The notes under the pieces are model-generated. The model saw only the letters and a list, made by a program, of their open reading frames with translations, did not search any database and was not told the origin of the DNA. A DNA stretch of 64,000 nucleotides from a virus. Lineage: Duplodnaviria; Caudoviricetes. The DNA lies in the IMG/VR virus record IMGVR_UViG_2595698964_000001, positions 64,001 to 128,000 of that record. One strand, 5' to 3'. Positions 19,618-30,129 of the stretch are shown here, piece by piece (position 1 is the first letter of the stretch; each line of letters opens with the position of its first letter). The translations under genes were made by a program, and so were the position numbers.

Positions 19618-22600
19618 ATGTTCGATAAAACAAAACAAGAGCCTTATTTTGACGACTATGATAGCGGTAAACAGTATTCCCAAATTCTAGCCGTACCGGG
19701 TAGAGTTGAACAAGCGCGGGAGTTTACGCAAATTCAAACAATGCTTTTTGACTTCCTTAAGCGAGTTTCTGATACTATTCTCAAAGACGGTAGTATCGTA
19801 GCTGGTATGGGATTCTCCATTAACGGGAACACGCTGACTGTGGAAGATGGGAGAGTTTACATCGAAGGTAAAGTACACGAGTTCAAACAACAGTCTATCG
19901 AGATAACAAAGACTGGTACAGAGATAATTGGATTAAAGGTAGACTATTACATCGTAACAGAGGAACAAGACAGTTCTTTGTTAGACCCTGCTCAAAATAT
20001 GCAAAACTATGGGCAACCGGGAGCTCACCGGGTTAAAGCCGTTCCTGTGTTAACTCTAAATGAGAGTGAGGCTGCCGTCCTCTACGAGTTTGAAGATGGT
20101 GAACTAAAAGTTGAGGTTGCGAAGCCGTCCCTTGACGGTATTACTGAAGTCCTCGCAAGACGTACCTACGACGAGTCAGGGAACTACCGTGTACGAGGTT
20201 TAGAACTTTTTGATGAACCTTTCGACTCTGATAACATCCAGCTTGTTGTTGAGGCAGGTACAGCTTATGTTTTAGGGTACGAGATAACTAAGCCAACGCC
20301 CGTTAAGAAACGTATTCCAATCTCAAAGGACTTAAAAGCGACACTCAACGAGCCGAAAACTTATGTAACTAACAACCAAAAATATGTATTGAATAACTTT
20401 CCTGCGAAAGAGATAACCAAACTTGTCTCTCAGGTTGAAGTCACACAGACTATGACTCGCGGTAGTGTTGTAGGCGGTGTTGACTACTTACCTAAACAGC
20501 CTGTTGTTTCAATTCAGTCTGTAAAACAAGGAACTAAGACGTATGTTCAAGGAACTGACTATCAGTTGTCTGCCGACGGGGTTGACTGGAGTTTAGATGG
20601 TGCTGAACCAGAAGTAGGTTCTTCTTATGAAGTAGTGTATCGCTACAACAAAGAGATGGTTCAAGGTACTGACTACAAACTCTTACAAGAGACAGGAAGA
20701 TGGGGAGAAACGAAAGACTATGTGCAATTCTTGTCTGGCGATAAGCCTGTACCAAACACACAGTTTACGGTAGACTATAAGTTTTTCTTAGCTAGAAAAG
20801 ACCTTATTAGTCTCGATAAGAATGGTAACATTGTCGTCACCCCAGGGCAACCAGACATTGAACGACTAGCTGTGGTTCCAACAGTTACAAGCGAGGAGTT
20901 CTTAAATCTTGGTTATGTTGTCCTCCCTCCGAACAGCGGGAACGCTCAGGCTTACTCTGCTTCAATAACTCGTCTCGAGATGGGTGATTTACAGAGAATG
21001 TTAAAACGATTAGAGGACGTAGAATTTAACCAAGCGATTACAGCGCTAGACCAAGAAGCGATTGCTGGAGAACCGCCTTCTGAACTAATTGGAGTTTTCT
21101 CTGATGGATTTAAGTCTACTACTCGCGGAGACTTAACTCACCCAGAGTTTGATGTTATGTACTCTCTTGAAGACGGACTTATTATGCTTCCGATTGTAAA
21201 CACAAATGATACATCTCCTACGATTAACGAAGGTGAGTCAAACGCAAAAGTTTGGGGACGCGTAATTTCAGCTCCTATGCGAGAGATTACTGCAATCAGT
21301 CAGCAGTACGCTACAACAACTATGAAGATCAACCCTTATCTTGCATTTAACACTCTTGGTGTTCTCAAACTTAGTCCTGAGGTTGATAACTGGATCGAGA
21401 CTGAGAAAATAAAGATCGAAGAGACTCAATTTAAAGCTCGTAACTTCTATAGATGGTGGACTCACGCTGACGGTCGTCAGAAGAAAATGGCGGACATCTG
21501 GGACTTACAGATTGATGGTAAAAAACAGACTGTTGGCGATATCCGACTGAAGATTGGAGAACAGGCTACTGCGATCAAAACCGAAAAGAGTAAGACAGTA
21601 GTGGAAGAGGCTATAACTTACATGAGACAGATTGATGTTACCATTGACGCGTCTAACTTGTCGCCAGCTTCAGATAACCTGACTTGTTACTTCGATGGAG
21701 TGAAAGTTAACTTAACACCGTTGAGCGGGTTCTCAAAAGGTACAAACCCGGGAACTGTCCGTTCTAACGCATCAGGAAGAGTGAAGGCCAAGTTCAAAAT
21801 TCCAGAGGGTATTCGTACAGGGACACGGGAAGTTGTCCTTACAAACGAATCTAACACTGCTTCAGCTGGATTTACGTCAATCGGTACAAAACGGACTACG
21901 ACTGAGAAAGTCTTAAGAACTAGAATTACTCTAACTGCAGTCGATCCGTTGGCTCAAACTTTCCAGTTTGACGAAGCTAAGATTTTAACATCTGTAAGTG
22001 CGTATTTTGCTGCGAAAGATAATACTAACAACGTTCAGGTTCAGATCAGAAACGTTGTTAACGGCTACCCCGGAAATGTAATCTACGGGGAGAAAGTTCT
22101 TTCACCTTCAGAGATTAAAGTTAGTGAAGATGCTACAGCTGAGACCAAAGTAACTTTTGATGATCCAATTATGTGCGAAGCCGGACAACAGTACTGCGTT
22201 GTCTACATGACTGACTCTGCTGCGCATAGCTTGTATGTTGCAGACTTAGGAAAAACAGACATTACGACTGGACAGACGATTACTAGACAACCATACCTAG
22301 CTGGGCTGTTGTTCTCATCTAAAAACGCTATTGCTTGGACAGCACATCAATCAATGAACATGAAGTTTAAAATATACGTTGCTGAGTTCGAACCTACAGG
22401 AACTGTAGAGTTTGACCCGATCTTTAACATGGAGTCAGACAGACTTCTTTTGTTATCCGATGAACTCACACCTCAGAACACTGGCTGTATCTGGGATATG
22501 AAACTTGATGACGGGGAGTTCAGACCGATTTCAAGTTATCAAGATGTTGAGCTTGAAGCGGTAATCGACAAAGTACAACTGAGAGCAACGTTTAAGTCGG

Positions 22601-22974
22601 ACAAAAATATGTCTCCACTTATGGCCGCAGACTCGTTTACATTAGTCGGTTTCCTACAGGCAACCTCAGGTTCATATATCTCTAGGAACACGACGCTGTT
22701 AGAACCGTATACAAACGTTAAGATTGTGTATGACGGGTTCATTCCTAGTGGTTGTACGATAACGCCGCAGTTTAGTTACGACGACGGTAAAACTTGGATC
22801 ACCCCGCCTCAGACATCTGCGGTAGAGGTAGAGCTAAACTGGACACGGTACACTCATTCAAAACCAGTCGAAGCTTCTGTGAACGCGAAAATGTTCCGTG
22901 TTCGACTAAATATTCAAGCGGCTAGCTCTGTAGTACGTCCGAAAGTCCGCAAGCTTATGTGCGTAATGAACTAG
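19618..22974 (+). CDS. large baseplate / adsorption protein (DUF4815-like)
   Basis: PYFDDYD..QARE.TQ.Q, LARRTYDESGNY and DPLAQTF motifs. Confidence 0.85.
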   Translation: MFDKTKQEPYFDDYDSGKQYSQILAVPGRVEQAREFTQIQTMLFDFLKRVSDTILKDGSIVAGMGFSINGNTLTVEDGRVYIEGKVHEFKQQSIEITKTGTEIIGLKVDYYIVTEEQDSSLLDPAQNMQNYGQPGAHRVKAVPVLTLNESEAAVLYEFEDGELKVEVAKPSLDGITEVLARRTYDESGNYRVRGLELFDEPFDSDNIQLVVEAGTAYVLGYEITKPTPVKKRIPISKDLKATLNEPKTYVTNNQKYVLNNFPAKEITKLVSQVEVTQTMTRGSVVGGVDYLPKQPVVSIQSVKQGTKTYVQGTDYQLSADGVDWSLDGAEPEVGSSYEVVYRYNKEMVQGTDYKLLQETGRWGETKDYVQFLSGDKPVPNTQFTVDYKFFLARKDLISLDKNGNIVVTPGQPDIERLAVVPTVTSEEFLNLGYVVLPPNSGNAQAYSASITRLEMGDLQRMLKRLEDVEFNQAITALDQEAIAGEPPSELIGVFSDGFKSTTRGDLTHPEFDVMYSLEDGLIMLPIVNTNDTSPTINEGESNAKVWGRVISAPMREITAISQQYATTTMKINPYLAFNTLGVLKLSPEVDNWIETEKIKIEETQFKARNFYRWWTHADGRQKKMADIWDLQIDGKKQTVGDIRLKIGEQATAIKTEKSKTVVEEAITYMRQIDVTIDASNLSPASDNLTCYFDGVKVNLTPLSGFSKGTNPGTVRSNASGRVKAKFKIPEGIRTGTREVVLTNESNTASAGFTSIGTKRTTTEKVLRTRITLTAVDPLAQTFQFDEAKILTSVSAYFAAKDNTNNVQVQIRNVVNGYPGNVIYGEKVLSPSEIKVSEDATAETKVTFDDPIMCEAGQQYCVVYMTDSAAHSLYVADLGKTDITTGQTITRQPYLAGLLFSSKNAIAWTAHQSMNMKFKIYVAEFEPTGTVEFDPIFNMESDRLLLLSDELTPQNTGCIWDMKLDDGEFRPISSYQDVELEAVIDKVQLRATFKSDKNMSPLMAADSFTLVGFLQATSGSYISRNTTLLEPYTNVKIVYDGFIPSGCTITPQFSYDDGKTWITPPQTSAVEVELNWTRYTHSKPVEASVNAKMFRVRLNIQAASSVVRPKVRKLMCVMN

Positions 22975-22982
22975 TCACTCTC

Positions 22983-23012
22983 AGCAACCTCTTTATAAAG
23001 AGGTTGCTTTTT
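22983..23012 (+). terminator. intrinsic terminator
   Basis: AGCAACCTCTTT/AAAGAGGTTGCT followed by T-run. Confidence 0.85.
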
Positions 23013-23054
23013 GTTTAATATTATTCTTACAACTAATTAAAGGGGCTGTTTTAC

Positions 23055-23246
23055 ATGGCAGAGATGCAAATCCAACCATCCGGAGGTATCGCGTTCCAAC
23101 GCACTCCTGAAGAAAAGAAATTGAGCGCCGAGAAACGGAGACTTCAACAAGAGAAAGAAGAGATAACAAAGTTAAAAGACGAGCTCGCAGATAAGCTTAG
23201 ACAAGTTGATTCTCTGATAGATGATCTAAAATCCTCAAGGAAGTAG
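23055..23246 (+). CDS. small coiled-coil protein
   Basis: 63 aa; GIAF..TPEEK then coiled coil. Confidence 0.6.
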   Translation: MAEMQIQPSGGIAFQRTPEEKKLSAEKRRLQQEKEEITKLKDELADKLRQVDSLIDDLKSSRK

Positions 23247-23254
23247 GTGAAGGT

Positions 23255-26200
23255 ATGCCGCAACTAAAACTAAGGTACAACGGTAGATGGGTTACAATTG
23301 GTGGAGGTCTCTCAGGCGGAGATACGGGAGAAATTGTAGACTACATCGATCAAATCAAAAAGGAACTTCAAAATAATCTTGAAAAAATATCAACAGACCT
23401 TAACAATACTGATATCTACATTGACGGCGCTTTTCGAGACGGTATTATAACAGAAACTGAAGCCAAGAAAATAAAGGCATATCTTAACACTCTTAATACC
23501 TCGAAAGTACAGCTTGACCAGCGTTTCGAAGAGATTTATAAAAATATATACTTGCCGGCTTTTAACAAAGAAGGACTAGTGAGCGCGAACAACACTTATC
23601 AGACAGCTTACGAGAACCTTCATAAAACAATTTTAGATGCTATTGTTGACGGAAAAGCGACTGAAGAAGAGTCAAACGCTGTAGATACTGCGTTCGATGT
23701 TTATACAAGAGCTCTGTCCCTTCTTGTCTCAGCATTAGAAGTCTCAGTTGATGCTATTAACAACGCAAAGAACAAAGAGACGTTAGATAACTCCAAAAAG
23801 TACACTGATGACCTTTATGTTCCATTAGACGAGAGAGTTGTAAAAGCTGAATCTGAGATCAAAACAACTAAGGAGCAGATTTCTCTTAGAGTTACTAAAG
23901 AAGAGTTTACACAAGGGTTAAACAACAACTTAGACTCTGCTAAGCAGTACTCTGATACGCAGAAAAAGGCTCTCGAGACCGACTTGTCAACTCTTCGGGG
24001 AGACCTTCAGGAAACAGACGAATACATCAATGGAGCGTTTAGAGATGGAATTGTATACGACTCCGAAAAGATACAGATTGAGGGGTACTTGAATACGATC
24101 AAAACTTCAAAGAGTCAGTATGATAATCGTTACCAAAGTGTTCATGATAACTCATATCTCCCAGAGACCCCTAAACTAAACCTGGAGAGCGCTAAGACAG
24201 ACTACGATACGAAATATAACATGCTTGTACTAGCCATTACAAATGCTATTGACGACCAGCTAGCGGACGATGACGAAACGGCCAAAGTCAACGCAGCCTT
24301 TGACGCTTATAACCAAGCGTTAGCGCTTCTTACCCTATCTTTGGAGGTCGCTATAGATGCGATTAGCAAAGCGAAGGCAGAAGAGGCTAGAAAGCTTGCA
24401 GAGGGCTACGCTGATGAGCTGAAGCAAGGGCTAGACAAAGACATTGCGAATGTACAACAGTCGATTAAGGAAACTGATGATTATATTACCCATGCGTTCC
24501 GGGATGGACTAGTTAGTGAGACAGAAGCCAAACGAATCGAAGGTTACTTACTAGGTTTGGCTCAGAATCATCAAGCTATTATGGAGCGTTACACAGAGAT
24601 TTATGAGAATCCAATGCTAGCTGGAACAGCGAAGACTGACTTGTACCAAAAACAAACTGATTACGCGACGGCTTACGACTCACTTGTAACGACAATAAAT
24701 GACGCGACATCAGACGGTCAGACAACAGCGGAAGAGAGCAACAATGTTCAACTAAAGTTCTATGACTATAACAATAGGTTCAAAGAGCTTACAAAGGCGA
24801 TAGAGACAGCCATTGACTTCATCTCTACATCAAAAGCGAATAAATCAGAAGAGAACTCAAAAGATTACACAGATGGGAAAGTAACACCAATTGAAACCAG
24901 ACTCACAACTGCAGAGTCAAATATAACTCAAAACGCAAAGGAGATATCGCTGAGAGTTAAAGAAGAGACATATAATCAAGGTATGCAACTAGTCGATGGA
25001 ATTGACACACGTCTTAAGTCGGCAGAGTCAACTATTGTTCAACACGCAGATGCAATCAGTCAGCGCGTTACGATAGAGAATTTTGATACAAAAGCAAAAC
25101 AGCTACAACTAGATGCTGACAACGCGAGAAAAGCGGCAGACGCAGCTCAACAAACAGCGGACGCGGCCAAGTCTGGAGTAGATGACGCGGTCAAATCAAT
25201 CTCTGACTTAACATCTGACAACAAGTTGTCTCAATCTGAAAAGACTGAAGCTAAACGTGAGTGGGAAGCGATCAAAGCAGAAAAGATAACACTCGAGAAA
25301 CAAGCAACCGACTATGGAATAACGACAGCAAAGACTAACTATATCGCTGCTTACAATTCTCTCGAGGCGTTTTTAACTCCTCTGATTGCAGACTTGTCTA
25401 CTATATCTGACGTCGATGGCGAGACGTTCCGAGCGAAGTTCAAGGCTTACTATGACACTCGCTCTACGCTACTTCAGGCAATCGCATCGGCTTCTAAAAA
25501 GCAATCTGACGACTTAGACACTAGGTTAACAAACTTGAAGTATGTAAACGCCAACATACTTGCTGGATCAATGTTCGGGGAAGGAGATGTCCTTCCTATT
25601 GATTCAGGTACTGTTGTTAGAGTACAGCCAAATGATGGCGATGTTAACAGCTTACAAGTAAAGCAGTACTCTCCTTCTTCTGCGGTCTATGGATTTAAGA
25701 CTACTAGACAGACAACTGAGTTTAAAACAGGAACTGTATACACCCTGTCAATGCAAGTGGCTATTGGAGACGTTACAAAACTTGATGAGATTTATATTAA
25801 GTCTGCTGAGGGAGGATCTCAGAAGCTGCCTTCAATCCCCATAACTTGGTCTGATACTGCGTATAGAACTGTAACACTCACGTTTACAAGTAACATTTCA
25901 ACGTCTAGAGGTTACATTCAAGTCGCAACAGCAGACTTAAGTTCAACAAGAATCGAGTATTTCTATATCAAAAAGTTGAAGATTGAGGAAGGCGGTGTTG
26001 CGACACCGTACATCCCTTCTGGCGCAGACACGGGTACGCTTGGAAGTCAGGTAGCTAAGGCTGAGTCTGAAATAAAGCAAAACGCAGAGCAGATACAGTT
26101 GAGAGTTTCAAAGACCGACTTTAATGGTAAGAACGTAGTATCTATGATTAACCAAACAGCCGACGAAGTTCTCATTGAGGCCAGCAAGATAAAACTAAAT

Positions 26201-27757
26201 GGGGACGTTAATGTCGGGGGTTTTTCAAACTATGTACAAGACCCTGACTGCGAAAAAGCTTTATCTCTGAACTGGACAGTAACGTCGACAGGTTCAGGAG
26301 GATTTTCATACGCAGTCCTGCCGACAAACGATGTACCGCCGGCAGGTGAACCAAACTTTCCCCCGCCAACCAGATATGGAATAAAATTACAAGTCAACGA
26401 GAAGAAGCTTTACGAAATGAAACAGCCAAAGTTTGATGTTGAGCCGGGAACTCCATTGGCTATTAGCTGTTACACTTATAAAAAGCTAAATGAAACGGCC
26501 ATATATTCCGGATGGTTTGCGGTTAACTTTTACAACGCAAGAGGTTCATTACTGCAAGACGAGTTTTATGTACCATTGAGAGGGAACGACGACGAACCTT
26601 TATGGTCACTAGTAAGAGCCGAGATGAAAGTTCCGGCAACAGCTGCGAAAGCAGAAGTGTATATAAGGTTCAAACCACTAGCAGATGAGGAGTACCCATT
26701 AACTTACTATATTGGTAGTCCAAAGGTTTCTAAACCCGGTACGATGGATGTTGACTCTATATACTCTTATCTAGTTTACTCTCAACGTGTTACAGTTAAC
26801 AAAACGCTAGATTTTGGGTACAGAGGTAACATAAAACAACAAGGTTACTTAGCGCCTTATGGAGACATAAAGATGCAAGATGGAGTGTTGACTTCTACAA
26901 AGAGTGACTACAAGTTGCACATCGGTAACGGGCATATCTCTGCTGTTAAGTACTATGACATTGATAGCGATTCCTTGAATCCGAGGATGATACTAGACGC
27001 TGTTGGACTACACGCGTTCTCGTCAGGCAGCAATAAGAACGCTATGTTTTCAACTGATGGGAATCTGGAGATGTATCGCGACGCGGCGATAGTTTTCAAA
27101 TCTTCACCGTCTAGTATGACTTTTAACAAATATGGGAACTTGACTCCAACAACACCTAGCAGCGCTTCTGCAACAGCAAGTTGGAACGTTGGTCACGTAA
27201 ATGGTGGGAATGTAATCAAAGCTTTCTTCGGTTCAAGCGGAGGAAGTAATAACGCTTATGGAATTCAACTTATCCCGGGAGGGTCAGGTAACGGATTTGA
27301 GTTCGTAAATCTCGACAGCACGAACATCGGCATGAAAGGTCCAAACCAGATTATTAAGTTTCTAGGCAGGAGCAGTACAACACAGTTTAGAAACAGGGCT
27401 GACTCTGACTACGCCTCAATAACTGTCGGAGGATTAACGAACCACTCGTATCGAGACTCAAAGACAGGGATTGAAAAATCTACTATGAACGCGTCAGATA
27501 TTATTAAAAACCTCATTGTAAGGGAGTACTACAAAGGGTCAGACTTAGTTGTAAAAGACGAATGTGGAAACGATTTATATTGTGAGTTACCTGACTCTAC
27601 AGTGTTGTTGTCACCCAAGAAGCAGATTGGGTTGATCTGGGACGAAGCTGCGGATTGTATACGAAACCCAGATGGAATTGATTTATACAAGTTCTGTACG
27701 TTGTTACTAAAGGCGTTACAGGAGACAGATGAAAGACTAACTGCAGGAGGCTTATAA
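23255..27757 (+). CDS. tail fibre / receptor-binding protein with helical repeats, CBM-like domains and S74-like C-terminal chaperone
   Basis: Repeated D.YI..AFRDG units; AESEI.Q.A..I.LRV repeats; KIEEG..ATPY; C-terminal S..DSKTGIE..QIGLI..E. Confidence 0.8.
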   Translation: MPQLKLRYNGRWVTIGGGLSGGDTGEIVDYIDQIKKELQNNLEKISTDLNNTDIYIDGAFRDGIITETEAKKIKAYLNTLNTSKVQLDQRFEEIYKNIYLPAFNKEGLVSANNTYQTAYENLHKTILDAIVDGKATEEESNAVDTAFDVYTRALSLLVSALEVSVDAINNAKNKETLDNSKKYTDDLYVPLDERVVKAESEIKTTKEQISLRVTKEEFTQGLNNNLDSAKQYSDTQKKALETDLSTLRGDLQETDEYINGAFRDGIVYDSEKIQIEGYLNTIKTSKSQYDNRYQSVHDNSYLPETPKLNLESAKTDYDTKYNMLVLAITNAIDDQLADDDETAKVNAAFDAYNQALALLTLSLEVAIDAISKAKAEEARKLAEGYADELKQGLDKDIANVQQSIKETDDYITHAFRDGLVSETEAKRIEGYLLGLAQNHQAIMERYTEIYENPMLAGTAKTDLYQKQTDYATAYDSLVTTINDATSDGQTTAEESNNVQLKFYDYNNRFKELTKAIETAIDFISTSKANKSEENSKDYTDGKVTPIETRLTTAESNITQNAKEISLRVKEETYNQGMQLVDGIDTRLKSAESTIVQHADAISQRVTIENFDTKAKQLQLDADNARKAADAAQQTADAAKSGVDDAVKSISDLTSDNKLSQSEKTEAKREWEAIKAEKITLEKQATDYGITTAKTNYIAAYNSLEAFLTPLIADLSTISDVDGETFRAKFKAYYDTRSTLLQAIASASKKQSDDLDTRLTNLKYVNANILAGSMFGEGDVLPIDSGTVVRVQPNDGDVNSLQVKQYSPSSAVYGFKTTRQTTEFKTGTVYTLSMQVAIGDVTKLDEIYIKSAEGGSQKLPSIPITWSDTAYRTVTLTFTSNISTSRGYIQVATADLSSTRIEYFYIKKLKIEEGGVATPYIPSGADTGTLGSQVAKAESEIKQNAEQIQLRVSKTDFNGKNVVSMINQTADEVLIEASKIKLNGDVNVGGFSNYVQDPDCEKALSLNWTVTSTGSGGFSYAVLPTNDVPPAGEPNFPPPTRYGIKLQVNEKKLYEMKQPKFDVEPGTPLAISCYTYKKLNETAIYSGWFAVNFYNARGSLLQDEFYVPLRGNDDEPLWSLVRAEMKVPATAAKAEVYIRFKPLADEEYPLTYYIGSPKVSKPGTMDVDSIYSYLVYSQRVTVNKTLDFGYRGNIKQQGYLAPYGDIKMQDGVLTSTKSDYKLHIGNGHISAVKYYDIDSDSLNPRMILDAVGLHAFSSGSNKNAMFSTDGNLEMYRDAAIVFKSSPSSMTFNKYGNLTPTTPSSASATASWNVGHVNGGNVIKAFFGSSGGSNNAYGIQLIPGGSGNGFEFVNLDSTNIGMKGPNQIIKFLGRSSTTQFRNRADSDYASITVGGLTNHSYRDSKTGIEKSTMNASDIIKNLIVREYYKGSDLVVKDECGNDLYCELPDSTVLLSPKKQIGLIWDEAADCIRNPDGIDLYKFCTLLLKALQETDERLTAGGL

Positions 27758-27758
27758 A

Positions 27759-27974
27759 ATGTCAGAAAACAAAAGACAGATCACCTATTTAGAACTAACA
27801 ACGAAGGAAACAATGACCGGACTGTTTCTTGATAATGTTGAGTACCAAGCTAGAATTAGGGAGCTTACAGATTTAGTTCAACAGACACAAATGGAGTTAC
27901 AAGACGCGAGAAGAGAGCTTAAAGAGCTTAAAGAAGCCAAGACAGAGATAGAAGACACAGAGAAGGCTAAATAA
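27759..27974 (+). CDS. small coiled-coil protein (fibre assembly?)
   Basis: RBS AGGAGG; follows the fibre gene. Confidence 0.6.
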   Translation: MSENKRQITYLELTTKETMTGLFLDNVEYQARIRELTDLVQQTQMELQDARRELKELKEAKTEIEDTEKAK

Positions 27975-28060
27975 CCCATTTTAGCACATTAGAATCGGGT
28001 TTAAATCTCTTACTAGTATAGTTTATCATAAACTTACTTAAATCGTATAGAACTTGCGAG

Positions 28061-28087
28061 AGAGCCCTTATTTTGAGGGCTCTTTTT
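28061..28087 (+). terminator. terminator ending the virion module
   Basis: AGAGCCCT/AGGGCTCT followed by T-run. Confidence 0.85.
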
Positions 28088-28240
28088 CCATGCGTAATTT
28101 TTACGTCAGAATACATAAATGTATATAACATATAATACAAGTATTTATATAAATATATGCAGAGATTCGTGTCAGTTCTCTAGCATATAATTTTAGTTTA
28201 GTATTTGCTCCGCAAATATGTCTCTACATAGAGACTGGCG

Positions 28241-28265
28241 TAAACTTTGAATTTTTCGCTTTCCT
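28241..28265 (+). promoter_or_regulatory. phage-specific (middle) promoter motif
   Basis: TAAACTTTG-N9-CTTTCCT; one of six related copies. Confidence 0.65.
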
Positions 28266-28280
28266 TAATGCTAGGAGGCG

Positions 28281-29999
28281 ATGTATTTGAAAATTGTAGT
28301 AGACAATAATTATTCAAAGATAACGGATGTAACAACCAAGGGTAACAGAGACCTTCTGCTAACCTCTATTGACGACGAGCTTGCTGTAAGGTCTCCCGGT
28401 TACTTCTTTAGTCCTGCGTTTAAGTCTGGGAGGTGGGATGGGTTTATCAGATTCTATGATAGGAGAACTAGAACTTTCCCGACTGGACTACTTGATAGTG
28501 TGTTATCTATATTCGCAGAGGCGGGTATTGAATTTGAGATCGACGACAACAGGACTGTGTACGAGTTTGACTTCCCAGAAGAGATAAAGCTTATGGAACC
28601 TTCTGTCGAAGAGGGCTATATTACCCTTCGTGACTATCAGTACGAGGCTGTTGTTGAGACTCTGAAGAAGCGAAGAGGAGTTGTAAACGTTGCGACTAAC
28701 GGCGGGAAAACTGAGATAGCGTCAGGTATAATCCAACAACTCTTACCAAAGATGAAACCAAAACAACGCATTCTGTTTGTAACACATAACAAGGAAATCT
28801 TTCATCAGTCTGCTGCTCGTATTGAAAAGCGGCTTGGGATAAAGGTCGGTAAGGTTGGGGATGGCATTTGGGATTTACGTCCTGTTACCCTTGTAATGAT
28901 CCCTACAATCTCTAGGTATGTTACTAAATCGAAAAGTAAAAAGAAGTCAAAGCCTATCACCTATACGGGAGAAATGAAAGCAATAAAGAGAATATTTGAT
29001 GTAATCGAGGATGATGAACCGAGAGGAAAAGAGCTAGATAAGCTTGTCTCGTTGTTCCAAGGGGAAAACTCGAGAGACGCCCAAGAAGCGGCGGAGATTT
29101 TGTATAACGTTCGTGAAAAGAAGACGACGTTTAAGAAGTTACGAAAGGCTCTTGAAAAATACGAGAGCAAAAAGAGAGGAAAGAGCGATGAGAAGAAACA
29201 AGAAGTCTTAGACCTTCTGGAGAGCGCTGTTTGTTTCATAGGGGATGAATTCCACCACTCCGTGTCCGATACTTGGTATCAGTCGTTAATGTTATGTAAA
29301 AACGCTGTGTTCCGGATAGGGTTAACAGGGACTGTTGACAAGAAGGACGAGCTTAACTATATGCGAATCCTGAGTTGTACAGGGGAGATCACGACTAAAA
29401 TCTCAAATGAGTTCCTGATAAGTCGCGGGTTCAGCGCGAAACCTACTATCCATCTTTCAAAAATTGAGACACCAGTAATACCGGAACAAGTTGGTTGGCA
29501 AGAAGCCTACAGAATTGGAATAACTGAGAACGAATATCGTAACAAAGTGATCGCTAACAAAGTAGCTAGTAAGTACAAAGAGGGTAAGGGTTGTTTAATC
29601 ATAACAAACCATATTAACCACGGGCAGACTATTTTGGACTTACTAAAAGAGCTTGATGTTGAGGCTGAGTTTACTAATGGACAAAGAAGTTCGGAAGACC
29701 GAGAAGCGTTCCTTCAGCGGATGCGTGATGGGGAGCTTCGAGTATTGATAGCGACTTCAATTCTTGATGAGGGCGTAGACATCTCGGGAATTAACTGTGT
29801 CTGGATGGCTGCTGGAGGGAAGTCGTATCGTCAAACACTTCAACGTGTTGGTCGTGGACTCCGAAAAAAGGAAGACGGGAGTGGACTGGAAGTATATGAT
29901 TTTCTAGACTTTACCCACTCAATCCTTACTAAACACACTCAGGAGAGATACACCTATTATAAAGATGAGGGTTTTGAAATTAAGAGAGACAATGATTAA
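28281..29999 (+). CDS. superfamily 2 DNA helicase (UvsW-like)
   Basis: LRDYQ, ATNGGKT, DEFH, GLTGT, EGVDI and QRVGRGLR motifs. Confidence 0.93.
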   Translation: MYLKIVVDNNYSKITDVTTKGNRDLLLTSIDDELAVRSPGYFFSPAFKSGRWDGFIRFYDRRTRTFPTGLLDSVLSIFAEAGIEFEIDDNRTVYEFDFPEEIKLMEPSVEEGYITLRDYQYEAVVETLKKRRGVVNVATNGGKTEIASGIIQQLLPKMKPKQRILFVTHNKEIFHQSAARIEKRLGIKVGKVGDGIWDLRPVTLVMIPTISRYVTKSKSKKKSKPITYTGEMKAIKRIFDVIEDDEPRGKELDKLVSLFQGENSRDAQEAAEILYNVREKKTTFKKLRKALEKYESKKRGKSDEKKQEVLDLLESAVCFIGDEFHHSVSDTWYQSLMLCKNAVFRIGLTGTVDKKDELNYMRILSCTGEITTKISNEFLISRGFSAKPTIHLSKIETPVIPEQVGWQEAYRIGITENEYRNKVIANKVASKYKEGKGCLIITNHINHGQTILDLLKELDVEAEFTNGQRSSEDREAFLQRMRDGELRVLIATSILDEGVDISGINCVWMAAGGKSYRQTLQRVGRGLRKKEDGSGLEVYDFLDFTHSILTKHTQERYTYYKDEGFEIKRDND

Positions 30000-30007
30000 C
30001 AAAATTT

Positions 30008-30076
30008 TTATTTTCCACGTCAACCTAGTTGGTAAGCTGTTTCAACTCCTGCGGCTAGAAATGACGTGGAAAATAA
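30008..30076 (+). other. long intergenic stem-loop
   Basis: Perfect 15-bp TTATTTTCCACGTCA/TGACGTGGAAAATAA plus inner CTAGTTG/CGGCTAG. Confidence 0.7.
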
Positions 30077-30129
30077 TTAGTTGTGTTTAGCTTATTTTAA
30101 TGTGTACGTAAATCGTAGGAGGAATTAAT

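Noticed and set aside
28920-29220. ~100-aa insertion in the SF2 helicase, as a possible intein
   Set aside because: No Cys/Ser start or His-Asn end and no endonuclease motifs; I recall similar insertions in related phage helicases
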